Origin: Reclinomonas americana ATCC 50394
Taxonomy: Eukaryota
Direction: 5' to 3'
Assembly (NCBI GenBank): GCA_048213135.1
Contig: PS015020.1
Coordinates: forward strand, 1 to 51,410
Length of the DNA stretch: 51,410 nt
Made by a program: the position numbers and the translations under genes. This document shows, one piece after another, positions 12,758 to 26,414 of this stretch. Under the pieces are notes generated by a model. That model searched no databases. It was not told the origin of the DNA and saw only the letters and a list, made by a program, of their open reading frames with translations. Numbering within the stretch: position 1 is the first letter of the stretch; every line of letters begins with the position of its first letter.

Positions 12758-15091
12758 TCACTGCTTTGGCGCCTTCTCCAGCGCCTCGATACGTGCTTGC
12801 AACATGGTGAGAAGCTCCTGCTGTGCCCGCAGTTGTTTCGCCTGTTGGTCGGCCAGCGACTGCAGCCGATCGCAATCGCGCTCCGCCACCTGCAGCGCCT
12901 CGGTGTGCTCGTTGACGGCATCGATGAGGATCGGGGCGATGCGCTCGTAGGCCACCATTTTGAAGGATGCCGGCGCCGACGACCCACTCGATGGCGGTAC
13001 CTGCGTGTCGACGACCACTCCACCGCACTCCGCGTCGCCAGCCAGAGAAGGGAAGGCGGCCTCCAGTTCTTGCGCCATGACACCGAACTCGCGATCGCCG
13101 GGTGTGTAGCCGACACGCGCAGCCTCGGAATTCCACTCAAATTGGTACGCGTGCACCGCGCGCAGCCGCTCCGACACGCCGCCCTCGAGGCGTCGCAAAT
13201 CGGTCTTGAAGCGCATGTCCGAGCCGCGAATGCTGCAGGGAAAATAGTATCACTTTGAGCGCACCCACCAAGAGACACCCCCACCCACAACGGGTGTTCA
13301 CTCACCGCTGCACAATGGTGACCACGCCCTCGTCCTCGAATGGTACCGATGCAAGTGTGGAGGAGTCCAGCGAGATCTCGCGTCCACGGTACACCAGTCG
13401 CATGTCTTCGTCACTCAGGTGCGCCAGTCGTGGCAACGCAGTGCGGATGGCTGTCAAGTAGAGATGAGTGCTCAAGAAAAGCAAACCTGTACATGCTGCA
13501 CACAGATACGCAACTCTGCTTCAACTGACTGATGGTTTCGTTGGTCATGGCAGTCACTGTGCGATTTTGCGACTGAGCAGAGGCACGGGAGAGGACAAGA
13601 AGAACGGGATCACTTGACAAACCAGTGTGCAAATGCTGAGCATCGCGCACGCGGACGTTGATTCTTCTGCCTTCGGAGCTGGCAGGTGGTTGGGGTCCAT
13701 CGGGCGTGCGATTGCTGTCCTCGGCTGCAGCAGGCGCGGCGGCCGAGGCTGCGGCAGCCGCTGCAGCGGGTGCGGGTGCGGGTGCGTGCGCGGGGAATGC
13801 TGCTGCTGCTGCTGCTGCTGGTGGAGCTGCAGCATCCAGATTGCGCATGGACTGCGGTGGCGCCACCAGGACGGGTCCAGCGGCGGGCGCATTACGCGCA
13901 GCGGCTGCTGCTGCGGGCGGTGCCTGCACTGCGGCGGCGGGCGCGGGTGCTTCCACAGGAGCAGCGGCTGGGACTGGTGCGGCGGCTGGAGCTGCAGCAG
14001 CGGCAGCGGCAGCCGATGCTTCACCACTTGGCTGGTACATGTTGCCGGCAGCGGCGGCAGCTGCTGCTGCTGCAGTGGCTGCCGCTTGTGCCACACGATT
14101 GGCTTCCGCGCGCATGTCCTCCACGTGTTTCTCCGCACGGGCCTTGTCAGTGGAGCGGAAACGTGAACAATCCAGCATGAAGAAACAAACGGAACCCACA
14201 AACACAAACACGCACCAGTTGTTGCTGCAGTCGCTCCACCTGTGCCAGCAGCTCACGCACGTGACGAGCACGGGCCTCCGACTATATAAAACAACCGTGA
14301 GGACACAACACCAGACAGAGAAAGACTCGCGCAAGTCACGGCACCTGACTCTGACTCTCGTCCAGCCGTCGCGTCAACTATGCATTCCAGTGAGACTCCC
14401 CACAACGACAACAACAACGCTGGAAGGACACATACCTCGGCATTCTGCGTCTCCAGCTCCTGCACACGTGCCTGACTCTGCTCCGCACCGACAGCAGCCG
14501 CCTGCGAGATTGTTGGTATTGTCCGAGACACGAGCGCGCTGTGTACACACAAGCAGCACAACGCACCAGTCGCATGAGCAGCACACCAGGGCCGCCAATC
14601 ATCACCGGCTCCGGCTCATCAATGGCATGCACGCTGTCGAGGTAATGCGAGGCGGCTTCCTGTGAACGCAGAGTGGACAACAACAGCACACAACAGAGAA
14701 TGAGAAAGAGTGAGCAAGAAACGCGGTATTGATGGACAGCAGTGAGAGCAGAGAGTGTAAGGAAGAGCATGCGCACAGAGAGTCGGATCACGAGCAGCAG
14801 CAGAAGAGCGATCACGCGGAAAAACACTTGTGATTGCTCATGTTTGTGTCCATGTTCTTCTCACTCTCACTCACTCTCTTTCTCTCTCCCACACGCAACA
14901 TGCACGTTCCAGTTTGCGCGCTCCAGCACTGGTCGCGCTGCATCGCGATCAATCCCACAAATGTCACACATCTCCTGCAGTGCGGCCTCCTGCTCGGTGT
15001 GTGACAGGCGCCCACCACCCGGCTGCTCCGGCACATCACCGCCCACCGGCTGCTGTGCGTTGCCGCCTCCAATGCTATTGGGTCTGCTCAT
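12758..15091 (-). CDS. UBA-like + coiled coil + Ala/Pro linker + ubiquitin-like + peptidase S74 (ICA) autoprotease + coiled coil (paralog A)
   Basis: Exon 1 (15091-14900) ..LQEMCDICGIDRDAARPVLERANWNVH|EAASHYL is UBA-like. Spliced UBL reads RINVRVRDAQHLHTVTAMTNETISQLKQTIRTALPRLAHLSDEDMRLVYRGREISLDSSTLASVPFEDEGVVTIVQRIRG, followed by SDMRFKTDLRRL..AYQFEW..EFGVMAQELEAAFPSL..VAYERIAPILIDAVNE..LQARIEALE. Confidence 0.85.
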
Positions 15092-15273
15092 CGGCTTCTC
15101 CTCAAAGAACGATTGCTGCGATCACAGGACACGAACGCGATTAACTCGTCGCTCGTGTCGCCGTCCCTTCGCGGTTGCTGCTGCTACTGTCCACTTTGCG
15201 TGTAAGGCAGTCTGGCGTTTGCTTACCGTGCGGCATTGCCGAGTTGCGAAGTGTGTTCGGGAATTCAGCCACT

Positions 15274-17874
<2,601 letters not shown>

Positions 17875-18131
17875 CCTCCACCTGTTGTCTTGTGTGTGTG
17901 TGTGTGGCGCTGGCGTGAGCTCTCGGACACGACAAAATGCCGGATTTTGACGGGACAACAGCCTTCCGTCGTTCTTCGTAAGTCCACACACACCGGGTGT
18001 CAACGTCTTCACTTACGTGTGTTTCGACGGGCCAAGAGAGTGCAAAGAGATATGGAGAGAAAAAAAGAGCGAGCAAGCGACACTGACGTGATCTTTTGTC
18101 GTCACTCGTGTAAAATGGGTACTATGGTGGT

Positions 18132-20646
18132 TTAGAGGGCACTTGTGGCCGCCTGTGGGATGCATGCATGCACGATGATGTGTGAGTCGCACACGTATAG
18201 ACCACGGAGAGGATTGGAGCAAGCAAACGCAACTCGCAGCTGCATGTTCTTGGCGATCAGCGGGTGCACGACAATGTCGTCTGGTGTGTGCCACTCGACC
18301 TTGTCGCTGTACCAGCGCTTCGCCGGTGACATCATGCAGCGGGTCTGCGCAACTGCGTGAGTCCGACGCGCAAAAGGATACTTAAAAGGGGAGGTGAAAA
18401 CGCAACAAGGTTGAGGAACATGGCGCAGAGGAAGCCGCCGGCAAATGCAATGCCAATGGACACCACCAGCGTGGCCAATTGGTACGCCGGCTGCTTCTTG
18501 TTGTTGGGGAACAGCAACACAAATGCCTGGCCGTAGTTGATCTCCTTGGCCAGCGCCGTGGCAAACATGCCACCAATGCCGGCAATCACACCGGGGACGC
18601 CGTGCAGGTTGAGCACGCCGCACGTGTCCTTCAGGCCGAACCGGGCGGTCAGGTACGGCGTAATGTACAGGAAGCCAAGAGTGGAGGCGATGCCGGCGCA
18701 GGTGCCGACAATGATGGCAGACTGCACAGGAGGAGGATGGCGGCACGTTCAGTGAACAGCTGAGGAGAGAAGAAGGAGAGAGCTGGCGGGTGAATAGATC
18801 GCAACTCCCGAGCCAATGACCAGATCGGAAGCAGTGCCGACGGCCACACCGCCGCACAGCGTCGCGTTCTGCATGGTCACCATGTCGAACTGGCCCTTGC
18901 ACACGTGAGAGGTGGCCACGGTGGCAATCACGGCACCGAGGAGCGCCAGCACAGTGTTGATGACCACACGGTATTGGTTGTCGCCGGCGAACGCGCCGTT
19001 GAACGATGGCCAGCTGCAAGTACGTGGTGAGCACAAGGGCATGATTGCATCCTAAAACAGCTCACGTGGCAGACGCAACTAGCTGAGCATGGCAAACAGG
19101 GGAGTAATGTGGAGGGGGAAGAGTGAGCACAAAGGCAAGAAACGAGATGGTCAGCAGACAGCGCACTGCACGCAACATCCACAGGAACAGAGTGCCGAGG
19201 AAACCGGTGAGCTCGCTGTTGTAGCGTGTGGCGGCGTCCTCCTGGGAGGAGCGCTGGCGCGCCGCCACCGCGTCCTCCTTCAGGAACTTGGAGAGAGTGA
19301 GGCCGAACACGGCGCCGAACAAGTGAATGTACATGCTGTGGCGAGACGGGACTGTCGTCAGTGTGCTGCACGAGACATCTTTGCGTTTCCCCTCTCTCTC
19401 GCTCACCTGCCGCCAATGTCGGAGGCCTTGAAGTGGTGCTTACCAATGTAGTAGTTGATCGAGTAGAGTGGGATCTCGAGGACGAGAATGTACAGCACTT
19501 GCACAAACGAGACACGGCCAATGACCACGCCCAGCGTGATGAGCACGGCGGCGGCGGCAAAGAGACCCTCGATCAGGATGAGGATGCTGAGCTCGAAGTG
19601 ATGATCCCAATCACCTGTGTGCACCACCTCCCAAAAGGCGACGCACAGCATGCCCCACTGAATGCCGGCAGCCGTGACGAAAAAGGTGAGTCCCAGCGCA
19701 CCAAATCCGTGCGAGCGCATAAACGTCATGAGGAAGCCGAAGCCGACCAACACCATGAGTGCAATGCCCGTGTACATGCTGCGACACACACAGAAAAAGA
19801 AGGGGTGAGCGAACGAGACAGAAGAGAGAGACACGACTGCGGAGAGTGGAGATTCTCAACTCGTAGAAATCAGTGACACGAGCAGGCGCGCCACTCTGCG
19901 CGGCACTGAGCACGGCAAAGTCGTAGGCCGTGAGGCGCCAGAAGAGAATGATCATCACCGTCTCGAAGAGCAGCGCCGGAATGACAGTCAACAGGCGGTC
20001 GCAGAACGACGAGTGCGGGTGCGCCTCTGTCACGTCATCAATGCCACCATCATGCGTCGTACCCTTGTCATCGTGCGGGAGTGGGTACACTCGCTGCGCG
20101 ACGGACTCGCGATGCGCAATGTTGCTGGCCTCTTGCAGGTACTCCGTAATCTGCACGCCAGAGTGAGCGCATTGGGAGTGGGAGAGGGAGGGAGGGAGAG
20201 TCTCTGCGTACCTTTTCACTCTTGCGGCGCGCCTTGGCCAGCGCCACCTCTGCAGTGTCCACCTCGTGCGGCGCCACAGTGGCATCCGACAGTTTGTCTG
20301 CGCGTCGTGTGAGTGCAATGTGGGGCACAAACAGGAAGGGAGAGCGCAACTGTTCAAATCGTCGACTGCATGCTGCTCTCTTTGCTTGAGCCTCTGCGCG
20401 TGTGTGTGCGACAATGAGCACTGCGCGCGCACCAGCAACAGCAACGACGACTATGAGAAGCATTACCTCTGCATGCTGCGCTACTTCGGTCACCAAACTG
20501 CACACAGCGCGCATCAGTTCAATTGGGCTCACGTAAGCATGCACGCACTCCACTCTGCGCACATACCGGTTCGCCGCCTCCTTGTTGTTCCCGCCCAATG
20601 GCCACGCGCCATGCGGCTGGCCCAGCTCTCGCATCTCATAGTCCAT
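18132..20646 (-). CDS. Rh-family (Rhesus-type) ammonium/NH3 transporter 1
   Basis: GFGFLMTFMRSHGFGALG, DIGG|SMYIHLFGAVFGL, GTLFLWIWPSFN, MQNATLCGGVAVG, DTCGVLNLHGVPG; both pore histidines present. Probable start MDYEMRE at 20646; stop TAA at 18132-18134. Confidence 0.9.
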
Positions 20647-20784
20647 TCTCGCTTGGTTGGCAAGACACACTGACTCTCCCTTTCTTAAAATTTCCCCGGT
20701 CCAAAAAGACACCTGGTCGCCACTGCCTAATTCGGCGCAACGAAAGGAGTTAGTGCGCTTGAAGAGAGCGAGTGAGCTGAGAAA
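20647..20784. promoter_or_regulatory. Probable bidirectional promoter between the two Rh genes
   Basis: Only 138 bp between the inferred divergent start codons (20646 minus, 20785 plus). Inferred from geometry only. Confidence 0.45.
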
Positions 20785-23578
20785 ATGGCGCACACAAGCA
20801 ATGAGTTGCGTGTCTCTCTCTGTGTGCATGAGTGTGCGTGCGTGTTGCTCATTGTGTGCATGTGTGCATGCAGTCAACTGTCGCGTCAACTGGCGTCACT
20901 GAGCGCGCAGGAGATTTCCACGCTGGAGGCCCTCTCTCGTTCCGTACACTTTGCTGGTGCACACTGGTGTGCAAGTGCGTGACTTGTGTGTCATGCATGC
21001 ACGCGCGCAGGCACTCTTGCGGCGGAGGGAGATTCGCATGCGCAGGTGGCGGAGCTGGAGCGCAACCTCATTGAGCTGCGCCAGCGCCGCAATCGAGTTG
21101 CGTGTGTGTGTTCGCTTTGTTGCTGCATCACTGTCGGCTTGCAATTGAACCTGCGCTGCATGGACGCGCAGTTGATGGAGGTCGACCGCGACATTCAGCA
21201 TGCGCGCTCCAAGACCATGAGCGCGCACGATCATCACATTGCGCGCTCGTGGACGTCGCGTGTGACGGATCTCTTCCTCCCACTCATCATCTTCCAAGTC
21301 TCCATTATCATTCTCTACTTTACGCTCACGGATTACTCGAATGGCCTCTCCATTCCCGATCAAGTCGGCCCCGAGTTCCGCGTTGCCTCGTTTTACACTT
21401 TCTACAGTGGTTGCGTCACACAACTCACCATCACTTTTTTTCCGTGTGTGAGTGGTGTGCATCCAAACTGACGTCTGTGCGGCATGCCACAGGCATTTGC
21501 ATCATGACATTCATTGGTGTGTGAGACGCACGCATGCAGATCTCCCTGCTTTTTCCGTACATGTCTCGATGCCGAATCTCTCATTTCCGCTCTCTCGCTC
21601 TCACACAGGCTTCGGCTACCTCATGACCTTCCTGCGTCGCTACGGCTTTGGCGCGCTCGGATTCACCATGATTCTGGCCGCGGTGTGCATTGAGTGGGGT
21701 ATCCTGACGGAGGCGTTTTGGCACAATGTGGCCACGGGCCACTGGGAGACACTGTCGCTGAGTGTGAACAACCTCATCCTCGGCAACTTTGCCGCTATCA
21801 CGTTCCTCATCAGCTTTGGCGCCCTCATCNNNNNNNNNNNNNNNNNNNNCGTGGATGACCATGCTGCAAAAGGGGAGTGCGTCAGATTTTTCCTTCTTCT
21901 CCAATTCGTCGCAAATCACCGGCTCTCCCAAATGCCAAACAAATCACTTCTTTCCTGTTTTTTTCTCCCACTGCCCATCTCTTCTCTCTCCTCTTTTCCC
22001 TCCCCGTCCCCCGCACACACCTGCCACCAATGTCGACGGCGCGCAGCTTGAGCAGGCAGATGAAGCCGTTGAGAGAGTAGAAGAACATCTCCATGATGGC
22101 CAAGTAGAACATTTGCGTCGGCGTGACCTTGCCNNNNNNNNNNNNNNNNNNNNNNNNNNNNNNNNNNNNNNNNNNNNNNNNNNNNNNNNNNNNNNNNNNN
22201 NNNNNNNNNNNNNNNNNNNNNNNNNNNNNNNNNNNNNNNNNNNNNNNNNNNNNNNNNNNNNNNNNNNNNNNNNNNNNNNNNNNNNNNNNNNNNNNNNNNN
22301 NNNNNNNNNNNNNNNNNNNNNNNNNNNNNNNNNNNNAGTTCGGTGCCTTCTTTGGTCTGGCGGCCAGCATGGTACTGTCGCCGAAGGAGGCCAAGACCGC
22401 GTCTGATCGCGCCTCCAGCTACCAGAGCGACATGTGAGTGTGTGTGTGATTTGCAAACCTGTCAGAGACACTTCGCGTGCGCTGTTCGTCTCACCACTCT
22501 GTCCTTGCTTGTTCGCAGTTTCGCCGTCATTGGAACGTTCTTCCTGTGGATGTTGCGTGCCCGTTGCCTCTCTCTTTTCTTGTTCGTTTCATTTTCCTGA
22601 CATGCTGCTCTCCTTTTTGCAGTTAGTTTCGTGGGCACACCACTGCAGCGGCGGCCTTCTCCCATGTCTTCCTCGCTTTCGTGCTCACTTATTTGTCGTG
22701 CAGCTGGCCGTCGTTCAACGCCGCCATCGCTGGCAACTCGCAGTTCCGCGTCGTCATCAACACCGTGCTGTCGCTGTCGGGCAGCGTCATCAGCACCTTC
22801 GCCATGAGCAAGCTTACCAACGGTCACTTTGATATGGTCATGATCCAGAACGCCACTCTGGCTGGCGGTGTCGCTGTCGGCACGTCGTCGGATCTTATTA
22901 TCGGGCCTGGTGTTGCGTCTCACCATTTCCTATTTTTTCCGATCCAACACCTCACTCCCCACTGCTCCTGCTCACGCACAGGGCGCCGCCACGATTGGCA
23001 CCGTCGCTGGCATTCTGTCGTGCATCACCTACAAGTACATTATTCCGTTCCTGGAGCGCACCATTGGTCTGCAGGACACGTGCGGCGTGCTGGCGCTGCA
23101 CGGCTTGCCCGGCATTCTCGGCGGTATCTCGGGTGTGGTCAGCACGGCCACGGCCTCCTCCATTGTGTACGGCCAGGACTTCAACTCGCTGTTCGTCCGC
23201 GGCGATGACCAGGCCCTGTACCAGTTGGCCGCCACTGGCATCAGTCTGGCCATGGCCCTCGGCTGCGGCGCATTCAGTGCCTTCATTGTGCGCGTCTTCT
23301 GCCCCACGGTGCCGCCAAAGGACCAGCTGTTCCAGGATCACACCGAGTGGCACGTGCCGGACGACTACAACGCCGTGCCGAAGCAGCCCGAGTTCGCCAT
23401 GTGGCTGTGCCACGACGCCGGCAGCGCCATTGGCAAGCGCAACAGCAACATTTCGTTTGCGCACCACGACGACGACGACGAGGCCAGTGCACCGCTGGTC
23501 GTCAACGGACACAACATCCACGCTCACGCTGCGTCGCCTCGTGATGGCAGCCACTCGGCCAGGAGCGACCGCGTGTAA
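20785..23578 (+). CDS. Rh-family ammonium/NH3 transporter 2; internal exons at 21850-22133 lie on a gap-flanked, reversed contig
   Basis: GFGYLMTFLRRYGFGALG, LISFGALI|GKVTPTQ..AVDIGG|SMVIH (reversed piece), FGAFFGL, GTFFLWIWPSFN, IQNATLAGGVAVG, DTCGVLALHGLPG; stop TAA at 23576-23578. Confidence 0.9.
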
Positions 23579-24551
23579 AACATGCGTGTGGGGGGAGAGA
23601 TAGAGAGAGGAGAGGGAGAGAGAGGGAATAAGTGATTGTGAGTAGGCAGGTAGAAATGATCCCTCCGCCGTCTCAGTCTCAGTTGGGGTTTTTTTGAGGT
23701 TCTTCTTCTTCTTCTTTTTTTTAGTGAAAGGTGCGTACACACCATCATGACGTTGTCGCGGAGGGAGGCGGGAGGGGGGAAAGAGATGGAAGAGAGGGTG
23801 TCGTAGATGGTAAGGACCAGAAAAATGAATGGAAGACGCGAAGTGGAAATGACGAGGGACGAAGAGCGAGAGGAGGCAAAGAGAACAAGGAAAGAAAGCA
23901 ACAGATAGGCACATCGACAAGCCGCTCGATGTAAGGGAGTGGAGACGTACCGCACGGCGTGGAGTGTGACGGGCCTCACTGCGGGCATGGAATTCGCTTG
24001 ATCGTTGTCCAATGTTCACTTCACATTCTTAGGTCACCACCGCGAGGCATCGCTGCTGCAGCGTAGATTTGATGTATCGTATGCGACAGCAGAAAACGCC
24101 GGCGCCGATACCACGGTTCCGGATCCGGTCATGCTTCGCAGTTGTTTGCCTGGCGTTGGACTTCAAGCGCAAGATTGGATGCAGAAAAAACACAGCTCCC
24201 GTCAACAGGATGTTGTGCTGATGCTTTGGAGGCAGCGTGGTGGGCTCGTCCGTTTCTTTGTAACCTCGCGCGATTGACAGAATACAGTGGAATTTTCATG
24301 GCCTCCATCACATTTTGTCGGTGAGTAACGCGGTGGCCACGACGCCACACTTTCACTCAGCACACACACCACTCTCTCCTCTCCCTCGCTTGCTGCCCAC
24401 TCTCACCCACTCGTCATGTCTAATTTTCTCACTTGCTCTCTCTCTCGCCATGCCTCCTCGCTCCCTCCCCTCCTCGCCCTTCTCCTTGTGCTCACTGATG
24501 CCATCCCCACCACCATCACAGTTTCCCTTCAACAAAAAACAATCAGCAATC

Positions 24552-24834
24552 ATGAGCAGCCCATCGATGGGAAACATCTTCCAAGGTGCGAAACTTCTCG
24601 CACTCACGTTTTTCCCCCAATCTCATCATTGTTCTCACTCCCCGTCCTCCTCCTCCTTTAACAGGCATCGGCCAGACGGTGCAGGACGCCGGCTCGGTGT
24701 TCTCTGCGGGCCAGAACGCCTACAATGAGTTCTCGGCGCAGCCGCCGAACATTGGTGGCGGCCTCTCGTCGGCCGGCCAGGCCATCGCGGGCGTCGGCAC
24801 TGTCGTCAACGACCTGGAGAACTTGGGCCTCTAA
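24552..24834 (+). CDS. 67-aa Gly/Ala/Ser/Gln/Asn-rich microprotein, two exons
   Basis: Exons 24552-24585 and 24665-24834 (GTGCGA..TTTAACAG) give MSSPSMGNIFQGIGQTVQDAGSVFSAGQNAYNEFSAQPPNIGGGLSSAGQAIAGVGTVVNDLENLGL*; strong C/G third-position bias. Confidence 0.7.
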
Positions 24835-26414
24835 ACAGCGCTATCTGTTTTGTGCTTTGCTGCGTGCGTCTGATTCAAAAATGAAAAGAGCCGCAACGTG
24901 CGTGTGTTGTATGTTGGGGAGCAGGAGGGGGGCCAAGGTGACACGAGGCACAAGCACGACGTGCTAGCGTTAGTCATGGGCGAAGCAAAATAACTCTCAT
25001 ACATGGCATCAATGCATTGTGCTTATTAGAAGCAACGACAACAACGACTGCCTTGCTTTGGCAGGTCTGTCTTTACGGCAGCAGCAGTCCAGGCTTCTGC
25101 TAATCGCTTGAGAGAGCGTGGTTGGATGGTGGACTGGGTGCAAGACGAGCGGGGCATACGTATCGATTGACAGAGTGCGGAGCCGAGAAGCATGTGCAGG
25201 TTGGGTGGTTCGTCGTCGCCTTGAGAACACCACAGCGACGCTTGTTAGGTTCTGTCTACACAGTGTCGCATTTTGTGTTTGTCAAATGGTGGTGGCGTCG
25301 ACGTCGCCAGCGTTTCAAGAAACGCAAAATGTGTTGTACCAAAGTGAAGCAGTGCTGGCGACGGTCGCCTTGTGAGCAAGAAACGCATTTTGTGTTTTTT
25401 CTCGTTTTGCATTCATATCCAGAAAGGAGGGAGGGAGAGAGAGAGAAAGAGAGAGGGAAGAAACACACAGGATTGTGCGCCTCNNNNNNNNNNNNNNNNN
25501 NNNNNNNNNNNNNNNNNNNNNNNNNNNNNNNNNNNNNNNNNNNNNNNNNNNNNNNNNNNNNNNNNNNNNNNNNNNNNNNNNNNNNNNNNNNNNNNNNNNN
25601 NNNNNNNNNNNNNNNNNNNNNNNNNNNNNNNNNNNNNNNNNNNNNNNNNNNNNNNNNNNNNNNNNNNNNNNNNNNNNNNNNNNNNNNNNNNNNNNNNNNN
25701 NNNNNNNNNNNNNNNNNNNNNNNNNNNNNNNNNNNNNNNNNNNNNNNNNNNNNNNNNNNNNNNNNNNNNNNNNNNNNNNNNNNNNNNNNNNNNNNNNNNN
25801 NNNNNNNNNNNNNNNNNNNNNNNNNNNNNNNNNNNNNNNNNNNNNNNNNNNNNNNNNNNNNNNNNNNNNNNNNNNNNNNNNNNNNNNNNNNNNNNNNNNN
25901 NNNNNNNNNNNNNNNNNNNNNNNNNNNNNNNNNNNNNNNNNNNNNNNNNNNNNNNNNNNNNNNNNNNNNNNNNNNNNNNNNNNNNNNNNNNNNNNNNNNN
26001 NNNNNNNNNNNNNNNNNNNNNNNNNNNNNNNNNNNNNNNNNNNNNNNNNNNNNNNNNNNNNNNNNNNNNNNNNNNNNNNNNNNNNNNNNNNNNNNNNNNN
26101 NNNNNNNNNNNNNNNNNNNNNNNNNNNNNNNNNNNNNNNNNNNNNNNNNNNNNNNNNNNNNNNNNNNNNNNNNNNNNNNNNNNNNNNNNNNNNNNNNNNN
26201 NNNNNNNNNNNNNNNNNNNNNNNNNNNNNNNNNNNNNNNNNNNNNNNNNNNNNNNNNNNNNNNNNNNNNNNNNNNNNNNNNNNNNNNNNNNNNNNNNNNN
26301 NNNNNNNNNNNNNNNNNNNNNNNNNNNNNNNNNNNNNNNNNNNNNNNNNNNNNNNNNNNNNNNNNNNNNNNNNNNNNGGAATTCTTCTGTTGGTACAAAT
26401 CGGCTTGGGGCCGC

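Noticed and set aside
21850-22133. Rh2 exons (GKVTPTQ..DIGG, SMVIH) on the opposite strand, suggesting trans-splicing or a real inversion
   Set aside because: The piece is bounded by N gaps on both sides, and reversing it restores the gene (ALI|GKVT..SMVIH|..FGAFFG). A misoriented contig is the simplest explanation.
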